Assembly: GCA_043228905.1 (NCBI GenBank)
Contig: JBHGNT010000013.1
Span: forward strand, 18,786,001-18,850,000
Direction: 5' to 3'
DNA from: Azolla caroliniana
Taxonomy: Eukaryota > Plantae > Polypodiophyta
DNA: 64,000 nucleotides
Both the position numbers and the translations under genes were made by a program. Below are positions 50,161 through 60,243 of this stretch, piece after piece (positions within the stretch are counted from its first letter, which is position 1; every line of letters begins with the position of its first letter). Below the pieces are notes generated by a model, which saw nothing but the letters and a program-made list of their open reading frames with translations, made no database searches and was not told the DNA's origin.

Positions 50161-53100
50161 TCACGACATCCGCCCCCACCTAACCGCGCATCCACCGGTA
50201 TGCGTCAAAATTGTGTTCTGGTTGGAGAAAACCGGTCCGGGTTCCGGTTCCTCGTCCATCGATTCGTCCTCCGTCTCAGACTGTTCGTCGTCGTTGTCCA
50301 GGCCTCTTAGATCCGGTTCGCCATCGTGGCGCTTCTTGAACGCTTTGATCCGCTTCCCTGCTACCGGTATCGCCATCCTCATACCGTCAAGTTCCGCCAG
50401 GTGATACGTCCCGTTGTCGTTGGCGCTCGTTACCACGTAAGGTCTGAACCACCGCTTTGCAAACTTCCGTGTTGCCCGGGGCTGGTTGTCGAGGCTGCTG
50501 TCGTAAACTAGAACCCAGTCGCCTTCCTCGATTTTCTTTGGTCGGAGCCGGTGCGTTCGGTCGAACCGGGCTTTGTTCTTCATCCTCGCCATCCGAAGTC
50601 TCTCCGCCGCTCAGTCCACGTCCTCTGGCCTCCGCTCGAGCTGCCGTATACGCGCGGCTAGCAGTTCTTCCCGACTCATCTCGTCTCTCCAGTCTACTGT
50701 CGCCCAAGAGGAGATCGTTTGTTCCATCGACATGATCGGTTTCTGTCCGAACATGAGCTCTGACGGCATGAACCCGATTACCGAACTGTGCGTTGTCCGG
50801 TCCGCCCACAAGGCATAAGGTAACAGTCGTGGCCAATTCCCGACCTGGCCTTCGCATGCCCGGACTAGCGCTTTGACGATCGGTCCGTGTCCGCGCTCCA
50901 CCTTCCTGGTCGCCTCCGGATTGTACGCTGTGGTGAGCGAGAGCTTGACCCCTAACCGGTCGAACAGCTCCTCGGCCTCTTCGGCGTCCAACTCCCTGCG
51001 GTCAGCCACGATCTTCCCGACGCACCCGTACCGGCATATCACGTCCTCGATCAGGAACCGACACATGGCCGCAGTCGTTTTGTTCTGCAGGGCTCGGCCT
51101 TCCACTTGGTTCGTCAGGTCCTCCCGGGCCAGCACCAGATATCGCATCTATCCTACACCCATCGGCATCGTCACCAAATCTACCATCCATTTGAAATGGA
51201 TGGTTGGAGGGTAAGTAGGGTGAAGCTCGTCCCGATGTCGGACTATGGAGTGCATCTGACAGTTCTTACAAGTTGTCACGAACCGATGCACGTCCCGGTA
51301 CAGCCTCGGCCACCAGTACTTCCCCTTTAGTTTCTCGAACGTGGCCCACGTCCCACGGTGTCCAGCCTAGGGGCTGTCGTGGTAAGCCTTTCAGCAACTC
51401 CTCCTGTTCCTCCTTCATCGCCACCACTCGGAGCGGAATGTCGTTTCTCTTCTTCGAGTGCTTCCACAAGTATCCATCCCGGAGAAAGAATCGGTACGCT
51501 TTCTTCCGGATCCGGTTGGCCTCGTCCTTTGTCCATGACACGTCCGGCGCCATCATCCTTAAGAATCCTCGAATCTGCAGCCACTCCCCATCGTACTTGC
51601 TCTCGTTAAAATCGTTAAGCGCCGTAGTGCTCCCTCCCTCGGTTGTTACGTAGGCCGCCTCGAAGAAGTCTACGCCGACTTCCTCATCCTCCGAAACCAT
51701 GCCGCCCTCGTCATCGAATCGCGCCCTCGAAAGCATGTCGGCCATGGCATTGTCTTTCCCGGAAATGTGTCGTATTTCCGGATCCAGGGACTTGATGTAC
51801 GCTATCCACCTGAGTATTGCCAGGTCCGGGGTTGCGCATCCGGAAACCATGCCGAGAATCGGCAGGCAATCCGTCTCGATAATCACCTCTGTCCCGATCA
51901 GATAGTCTTTATCGGCCTTCACCGCCGAAACGATACCCCAGAGTTCGCGTTTAACCTGGGCGTATCCTCGTTGTCGCTCGCTGAGGACCTTCGCGCCGAA
52001 CCGGATTGGGAACCGAATGTCGTCCTCATCTTCTTGGTTGACAACCCATCCGATCCCAGTCGGACTTGTATCTACCATTATGTAGATGGGAGTGCCTTTC
52101 TCGTAGACAGCCTTCCGGAGTGCCGGAGCTGCAGCAAGAGCCTCCTTCATCTTTCGGACCGACTCCGTATGCTCGTCTCGCCACTCGAATTTTCGCCCCT
52201 TTTTCAGCAACCCGTATAGCGGCTCGGCAACGTGGGCGTAGTGCGGGATCCATATGTGGTAGAACGTGCATGATCCCAAGAACCTTCGTACCTCCGTGAC
52301 CGAGCTACAGTCGGGCTTCATTGCGGAGATGGCTTCCACCTTAGCCGGAGACGGTTTCCGGCCATACGGTCCGCATAGATGTCCGACGACCATGATCTTT
52401 GATTGCCCGAAGGCCGATTTCTCCCCGGAGAAGGTGAGCCTCGCGTCCTCTAGCCTCTGCAACACCCTCTCGTAGTTGTCAATGTGTGTCGCCACAAATC
52501 TCCGGCATCCATCCGGTCCGATCGTTTCGTCCTTTTTCTCCACCTGACATCCCTTGATCGGGATGTCGTCCAAGAATGGCATCGTGATGTCCGGGATACA
52601 ATCCCTCAGCACGTTGTTCATCGCATTCACCATGTGGGCCACCGAGTTCGTCCCTCCTTGTGGCAGGGTACACATCCGCACTAGGCCGAGAGGAGTCCGC
52701 ATCGTCGTAATGTCTCTGCTCTCTACGGCTAGTTGGAACTGATCGTACCCCGAGTACAGATCACCGATCGAGTAGATCGACCCTCCGGCGAAGGCCTCCG
52801 TGAACTCTTCTATCGTTGGTCCGATTCCGGCGTTCCGAATGGTCACTCTGTTGACCAGTTGCAGGTCTTGAATGAAGCGCAACGTCCCGTTCTTCTTCGG
52901 TACGGTAAACCACCGATTCGAGTACGGGGCACTCGACGGTTCGAGGATGCCCATATCGATTTTCTGCCTCAACAGCTCCATCAGCTCCGGGATGTGAGCT
53001 CTCGGTACCGGAATTGGTTTGAGATTCCACGGCACATGCAGTACCATGAATATCACCATCGGCTTCACGACTGTCGGGTCTACGCACCCGATCTCTCCCG

Positions 53101-54660
53101 GCGAGAATGCGAAGGCTTTCCCGTGTCTTCCGAGCATTCTCCGAAACTGGTCTTCTTCCGCCAGTAGTAGGAACCCGCCCCCACCGATTTTGAGCTCCCG
53201 TAGCGTTCTGTCGGTGAAGGTGTGCCCTATGCAAGCCGGATCTCGTAAACTGGGGTCTGACGCAACCCCCTTGATTCGCAACTCGCTGCCCTCCGGTAAG
53301 GGTGTCGCGACTGGCCTTACCTTCCAGTCCACAGTCTTGTATTTCGTGTTAACCCGGGCCGTCCGATCCGACTCGAGTCCTCGACTGAAGTCCGCGATGA
53401 CTTCGTACATCTCTTCTGAACAAACCGGTATCGTCCGGTCCTCTTTAAGGCCCTCTCCGACCACCTCTCGCAGTATTCCCAAGGTATCGTCGAAGGAGAC
53501 CGCCTCCACGGCTCCGTTGATTTCCTCGCTAGTGTCATGATAACAGTCACATCATGCATCGAAAGGATCATGACACTCACATTATGACTCGAAAGGATTT
53601 GAACCCACGACCTTGTTGTACACATGTCAAATCCTTAACCATTGTATTAATATTCTTATATGTATAGTCTCTAGAATATGAAATTTAATATCATAGGAAT
53701 ATTCTATATTACTCTACATTCTAGAATGACCTAGAATATTCTAGAGTGTTCTATACCACTAGAACCTTCTAGAATACTCTAGAGATCTTCTAGATTACTC
53801 TACATTCTAGGATAACCTAGAATATTCTAGAGAGTTCTCTATTACTTATAAATAGGGATCTACCACCCATCCCAAACCTAAATTGGTTCAACGCCATTTT
53901 GTAGCCTACTCTTTGTAATCCATTTTACGCTTCAATATAATAATTCTCTTTCAATTATCTCTCTATCTCTTTTTCTCTCTCTTTCTCTCTCTCAGTCTTG
54001 ACAGCTGGGCCCGAGAACTCCGCACGCCCGAAGTCGCTCTTCTGCCCTTGTCTTTTCTCGGCCGACGACGCCGACTATCGTACACCCTCTGTTGTCGGAG
54101 AAACAAAACTTCCTACTTATGGTACAAGGTTTCTTCGGTTTTGGCTCTATCGTACATTTGTGGGATTTTCTCGGAGTGTCCAGACTGTCGTGGCCCCACG
54201 CCTTGACAGCCCTCTCTAAAAATCCTCTCGGTTCTCGCCACCGAGGGACTCGCAGTTTCGCTCGTGGTTCGGTCGCACCGTCAGGAACTGGACCGAATGA
54301 CGCCCGTCCTGACTCTTGACCCTCGCGTAAGCCGACCCGTTGTCCAGCACCTTGGTCTCCATCCGCGCTGCCGTAATGTACGGTTCTCCTAGTATGACCG
54401 GGTGCGAGGACGTCTCCTGCACAAAGAAGTGTTCGTCTATCTCGACGTCGTCGATCTTGACTCGCACGTTCGGGCAGGCCCCGTGTAGTTCCTCGGTGGC
54501 GCGCGTCGCCGCCCGTATCTTCCACCCGTGCTTGGTGTTGATCGGCCATTTCCCCTTCTTGTAGAAGTCCATGGACATTAGGTTTATTTCCGAACCGTGG
54601 TCCACCAGTGCCACCACCGGTTCCTGAACATCTCCGATTTTCACCGGGGTTTCCGTGGTC
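50161..54660 (-). pseudogene. pol: Gypsy pol (PR, RT, RNase H, integrase), frameshifted and split by a solo LTR
   Basis: LVDHGSEIN, GDLYSGYDQF, LPQG, PFLDD, VDTSPTGIG, TTAYNPEA, GPY-like RPYVV. Confidence 0.92.
53533..54003 (+). repeat. Chromovirus-type solo LTR
   Basis: TGTCA...TGACA; TSD GCTAG/GCTGG; TATAAATA at ~53847; CTAGAA repeats; AAATTGGTTCAACGC resembles the LTR at 2416-2854. Confidence 0.88.
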
Positions 54661-55001
54661 GCTCAGGCCCAGTGTGGCCTCGAATAGTGGCTCTCCGCCC
54701 ACTCATCTTCCAACGCCATGTCCTCTATGTGCGTCGTCCGCACCTCCACCGGCCTTTCCGGTTCTGCCTTCGTCGATAGCCTCTTCCTCTTCACCAAGTC
54801 TACGATGGAGTCGTGGAACTCCTGCTTGGCGATTCCGAGCACCTCCCGCAACGGCAGTTCCACCTTGTTGTCGAGGATTCGTTCTTCCAGGACCTTTTGT
54901 GGGTCCGTGGTCTTTTCGATCTCCGTGCCCAACTGGTATCTGCCCTTCTTGTGGCTATCCCGGGCACTGCTCTCACCAGCCTCGTTCTGTTTCAGCCTGA
55001 A

Positions 55002-56369
55002 TCAGGTTTCGTATCTCTGTGAGGGTCCGGCCCCTCCGGTTTTACCTACCCGTTTGTCTTCAACCAGAGCCTCGTAGTTCTGGCAAGCTGCTTCGATGAA
55101 ACCCGTCTTTTCTTCGACCGGGTCACTCCACCCGGTTACCCCCTGGACCCGCTTCTCCGCGCAGTCCGCCTCGTCTTTCTTTAGTCGGGCACCGGCGAGG
55201 CCTTCCAGCACCGTCAGCCAGAACCCGGCTTTGCTCTCCTTCCGGGCCTCACTGCCTCCGACCCGAATACCGGCAGACGCTGAGGAGTGGACAGTCTCCG
55301 CATGCCGGGTCGCCGCCTCTTCCATCAGCCTTTTCATTCCTCCTCGCCCGTCGTTTCGGTTCAGGGCCCTCCGGGTATCGCTGGCGTGCACCCGACCTTC
55401 CCACAGGTACACTACCCGGCTTCTCATAGCCTCCGCAAAGTCCCCACAGTCTTTCCAGATGTGGCCGACCTCGTCGCACCACATGCACCTATTTCCCGCC
55501 AGAGGCCGTCGGTCATGAGCCTGATCGCCGCCTTCCCTCCGAGCCTGGGCGATCTGGAGATCCTTTATCGCTCGTGTCAACTCCTCCAAAGTTGTTCCCC
55601 CGGACGATCCTTTGACCACGCCAGTGGAAGCTGAACCGGTTTCGAGCCACTCCCGGGTCTCTTCCCTTCGCGCCTGCGGTATCGGTTCGGGCTTCCTTGC
55701 TGCGATAGGTCTCGCCCCGGTTGCCTCTGTATCAGCCCACTCCCACTGTTTGTCAAAACGGCCGCTGACTCTTTTTACCGCGGCCCAATCGGCCGTCAGC
55801 CCATCTTCGGTTTCCAGTAAGGAGCCCACTTGCTCCCGATCCCGTGCGTCAACCGATTTGACAAACAGTAGGACACGACTTGTGTCTAGAACGGTCCGGT
55901 CGAGCGCCGAAAGGCGCACAAAGCGTTCCTCAAACTCCCCGAGGAGTATCAACGCATTTCTTCCTTTGTTGGGGGACTCCACCCACTCCATGAAGCCCCG
56001 CTTCGAAAGTCGAAGCGTGTCATCCAACCCGTATTTCTCCAGGAGCCGTCCTTCGAACTCCTCCCAGGTCCGGCTCTCCGCCCGGACCTCGAGCACCTCC
56101 GCATGGATGCTCGGCATCACCACTCGAGGGAATCCAGCAAGACGCCTCTCTTCCAAAATATCCCTCATCAACATCTCCGCCCCGTAGGACGCCAAATAAC
56201 TCGTGGCATCCTTTCCACTGAACCGGCCGATCATACCGACGATCGCCTCAATAGCCCTGTCAAGGGCGCTGGTGCCCTCGCACGCGCTCACTATCCGGTC
56301 CACGGCCGAAGCCATGGCCTCTGCAAGATCCGACCCCCTCATCTTCTGCTCCTTTGCCGCCTGTTTCAC
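55002..56369 (-). CDS. gag: Gypsy Gag (455-aa open frame)
   Basis: Directly follows the PBS; CMWCDEVGHIWKDC zinc knuckle. Confidence 0.85.
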   Translation of the reverse strand: MKQAAKEQKMRGSDLAEAMASAVDRIVSACEGTSALDRAIEAIVGMIGRFSGKDATSYLASYGAEMLMRDILEERRLAGFPRVVMPSIHAEVLEVRAESRTWEEFEGRLLEKYGLDDTLRLSKRGFMEWVESPNKGRNALILLGEFEERFVRLSALDRTVLDTSRVLLFVKSVDARDREQVGSLLETEDGLTADWAAVKRVSGRFDKQWEWADTEATGARPIAARKPEPIPQARREETREWLETGSASTGVVKGSSGGTTLEELTRAIKDLQIAQARREGGDQAHDRRPLAGNRCMWCDEVGHIWKDCGDFAEAMRSRVVYLWEGRVHASDTRRALNRNDGRGGMKRLMEEAATRHAETVHSSASAGIRVGGSEARKESKAGFWLTVLEGLAGARLKKDEADCAEKRVQGVTGWSDPVEEKTGFIEAACQNYEALVEDKRVGKTGGAGPSQRYET

Positions 56370-59300
56370 GTCGGGTTCACCAAATATGTCGCGTTACTAC
56401 GCGCGTGTGTGGAGAAACAAGGCGGGACCACCGGGGTCTTGAACCGAAGAGCAGGTGATAGGAGGGGAAAGAGAAAGAGTGAGACGACCAGTTACGTATG
56501 AGCAAAGAAACATAGGGACACGGCCCGTCAACGCAGAAAACACGAATGGACACAGAGACAGAGAGACACGAAAGTTTGTATATTAACGAATAACAAATAC
56601 ACAACAGAGCGCGCGAGCGGTTACAACCGAATAGGCCGGCGAACAGATGCCGATGCCTGTTCGTCTGCGCACGAAAGGGGGTAGGATGGAGGTGCTGCCG
56701 GAAGCACACAGGCGTTCCTCGAAGTAGCGCGAGCCTCCCGAAAACCTGCAGAGAAGAGCAATAGAGAACAAACAGAGGAGAAGCGTTCGGTTACGGTCCG
56801 ACAGCACTTCGTCCTCCTCAATGCGCGATCCCTTTCTCCCAGCGCCTCCCTCTCTTTTATAGCTTCAAGAAGGGAGCCGTCTCCCTCATTTACTTCCCAC
56901 CTACCGAATCTAACTCCCAAGATATACCTATGTACGTAATTCTCTATTATATACATTAAGGGGGGCGCACGCGTGGAGAGCCGGTTCACGCGCGATATGC
57001 ACCAATTGCTCTAAGGGACGGTTTTCTTCACGATAACGGGTCACTGGTAACACCCATTGCTTCTGTGTTTTTGGTGGGGGTGGTGCCGAGGTGGGAGTAG
57101 GATTCCGAACGGCCGAGGGAGGTGGAGAGGGCAAGGGGTCTTCCCATTCTTCCTGGGTTAACGCCAAAATCTACTCCCGTTGTTTCCATGGTGGTGGTGG
57201 AGAGGTAAGGATGCGACGAGGGGAAAATGAAGGGGGTGGGTAGAGGACTGTCAGGTAATGATTCATCACAGGTAGCAATCGCTTACCGGATTGAAAAGAC
57301 TCCAGCGCTGCCCGGACTCCTTCGTCGGTGATGATTCCCTAATCGATTTTGTCGCCTTCGTACGCTCTGATGATGATGGTAGCCTTATTCTGTGGCATAA
57401 TCGTGGGATTTGTATGCACAAAGGCGTATTCCATCAAAATTTGGGCGATTTCCCCGAAAGACTTGTTTGGTCCTCCGTAAGTGCGGTAAGCTTTTCCCGA
57501 CATCGAATACATCCCAAAGTATTCCTTGAGGGTCATGTGAGGAGGAATCTCGACCTCATGTTCTCCGCCTCGTGTAAGGTCCAGAGCAGCACGAATCATG
57601 TTGTTGGTTACTGTGTCATGGTGGATTCTGCGTGCTATTGCTTGGGCGTCAGGGTGCGCTGGGGCATCGATGACCCGTAAGTAGCTGCCCAATCCTCGTT
57701 GTTGTAGCCAAGAACGGGTTTCCTGCGATGCTGAGAGAGGCATGGTGGACTCAAAGGTTTGCTGACAAGGAGAGTGGGGGGAAGCGATGAGACAAGGGCG
57801 AGACCGAGAGATGGAAGAAGATTGTTGAGTAGGAAACCATTGTTCTGTGCAAGGGCTACGAGGGCGAGAGAAGGCCTGTTTGCGGGAGTGATGAGAACGA
57901 GAGAGAGCTTGGGAACTTGAAAGCTGTGAAGGCAAGAAAGCTTCTGTGTGAGTGGGCGCGTTGTGTGTGGGGTAGTTTCTTTTATGTGACCACCTAGGGT
58001 TTTGTGCAGGGAGAAGATCCTTTAGATTCTTAGTTGTGGCTGCCATAATAAGGTATTATGGCCACGCGTCACAGGAGTGTTATGCTTGCTGTGCATGTTC
58101 CTTAAATATTCTACTTTAAGGTGAAGGTGACTAGTTGGTGCGCCTAAGAAAATGTCATGATTTGGGGTGATTTGTTAGGTAGTTTAGGTAAGGCTAATTT
58201 AAATGCTAAAACTATTCCTAATATATAATTTTGGTGGATAGGTCATTATCTTACCAATGGGGACACGTGGTCTCCTTCGTGGCATCGTCCGTGAACTGGT
58301 CCGTTGTCGCGTTGCTACGCGTGTGCGTGGAGAACAAGGCGGGACCACGGGGGCCTCGGACCGAGGAATGGCCGAATGAGGGGAGGGGAAGGAAACTAAC
58401 GATGTAATTCTCATGCGCTCAGACCCACAGAATCACAAGAATTGCAACTAACTACAAAACGCGAGATGGAGACAAAACGAATGCCTATGTATATATAAAT
58501 CAAGGTGTTACAACCGGCAAGCCAGCGAGTGATAGGCTCCGACGCCTGCACACACACACAATGCGAGATGGAGACTCTGTCGATAGCACTCGGGCGTCCC
58601 GCGGAGCAAAGTTAGCCTCTCAAAACCTGCACAAAACGATTAAAGGGGACGACAAAGGAGAAGAGAAGGGCTCAGTTCCAGTCCAGCAGCACTTCGTCCT
58701 CTACTAAATGTGATATCTTTTACAATACCTCTCCCTCTCTTTTATAGCCCAAGGAGGGAGGCCGTTACCACCCATTACATTATGTTTATTCCCTGTCCTT
58801 TCGGACAGGGATACGCCTCGATTTTCTCCTAATGAATGCGTGCTACCTAGGATTTCACCTCACCCGACTTATACCTATCTGCGTACTATACAACAAAACT
58901 TGTGCCCACGTGTAAGGGCTGGTTTTCGCACGTTATACCCGGTTTCCGCCTAGGGACGGTTTTCTCCACGACATCCGCCCCCACCTAACCATGCATCCAC
59001 CGGTATGCGCCAAACTTAGACTCTTGCCGCAGAAGACCGGCCCACACTTATCCTCCGTCTTCCGCATCCGCATCCGTTGTCGTGAAGATCCGTCACTACG
59101 CGCGGATCGTGAGGCGGAACCACCGGGGTTCTGGACCAGAAGGATTTAGAGTCGATACAAGCTTTGGCGAGAAAGTACTTAAGATAGATTGGGAAAGAGA
59201 GAAGATGAGATTACACGATTGATTTCAAAACGAATTTCTTTCTCTTAATTTTCATACCAAAAAAAAACCATGTTTTTCTCCTCCCCCTTCCCTCTTTTAT

Positions 59301-59585
59301 AGATGCTCTCATGCATATTATGCATGTGAGGGTACAAGACATGCGTAAATTGCATGTTTGCCATTTGGCGCTTAAGTATTACATGTGGTGCATGCTAACC
59401 ATGTCACTCATTTTAGCACTCATGGATGAGAATTTGCATGTAAAACTACAATGATAGAAATATAATTTAACTAAATACTATGGCTTAATGGTAAGCCATT
59501 TGACTCCTAACTTGGAGGTGCAAGGTTCGAATCCATACCTGCCCTCCTTGTATATGTATATATTTTTATATATTTATTTTATCCA

Positions 59586-59795
59586 GTCGCCGGTTCGCCG
59601 GATACCGTCGCCGGATACCGGTGCCGCCGCTAGATGCCGACGCCGCCGCCAGATGCCGCCGCCGGATACCGCCGCCGGATACCGGTGCCGCCGTCGGATG
59701 CCGATGCCGACGCCGGATACCGGTGCCGCCGCCGGATACCGACGCCGCATGCCACCATTGGATTGCATTCGGATCACCGGCTCCATCGCCGGTCC
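59586..59795. repeat. GC-rich minisatellite (GCCGGATACCGGTGCCGCC-like units) in the LTR
   Basis: Directly visible; a shorter version lies at 63000-63110. Confidence 0.9.
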
Positions 59796-60243
59796 GGTTT
59801 TGGTTGGCCAAAACCCTTTACGAGTAGCTAGCCACCTCCACTCTAAGTTCAAGTTACCTTGAACTCTCTATGCTCCACACATAGACACAAAGATAATATC
59901 TTTTGCTCCACCTTATATATGATGAGAGCCGTATTTGTCGTGCCTATGTGGGATATCTCACAATTTTCTCTTTTCTTTTCACAAACTTTATACCCTCATA
60001 TCTTGACATTTAGTTGTCCATTTCTCGTGTAATAAAGTGCATTCGAAACCTCCATCATTTTGTACTTAGATATTAAAAATGTTATCTTCACAATTATTGT
60101 ATTACATGAATCATACTCGATTTTGTACGTTTTATGGGATTTTCACACTATTGCCGAAAATCTTCACGACATCCACCCCCACCAAACCGCACGTCCTCCG
60201 GTACGTGCCAAGAAGAGAAGAAGTGAGATTTCGGCTACGATAA

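Larger units (their letters stand above)
49518..57035 (-). mobile_element. Full-length Ty3/gypsy retrotransposon (FLDD-type RT, tRNA-Trp PBS)
   Basis: LTRs 49518-50168 and 56387-57035; PPT AGGTGGGGGCGGA; PBS TGGTGAACCCGACGTGA at 56366-56382; TSD ATGG/ACGG. Confidence 0.95.

Noticed and set aside
50213-56501. Many plus-strand and alternative-frame ORFs over the gypsy gag-pol
   Set aside because: Shadow ORFs of GC-rich coding sequence, with no independent motifs.
59481-59545. Possible tRNA gene
   Set aside because: A/B-box-like motifs are present, but I could not build a convincing cloverleaf or acceptor stem, and it lies within an LTR. Reported only as tRNA-like.
59488-59862. Pro/Arg/Ala-rich overlapping ORFs
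   Set aside because: They are by-products of the GC-rich LTR minisatellite.
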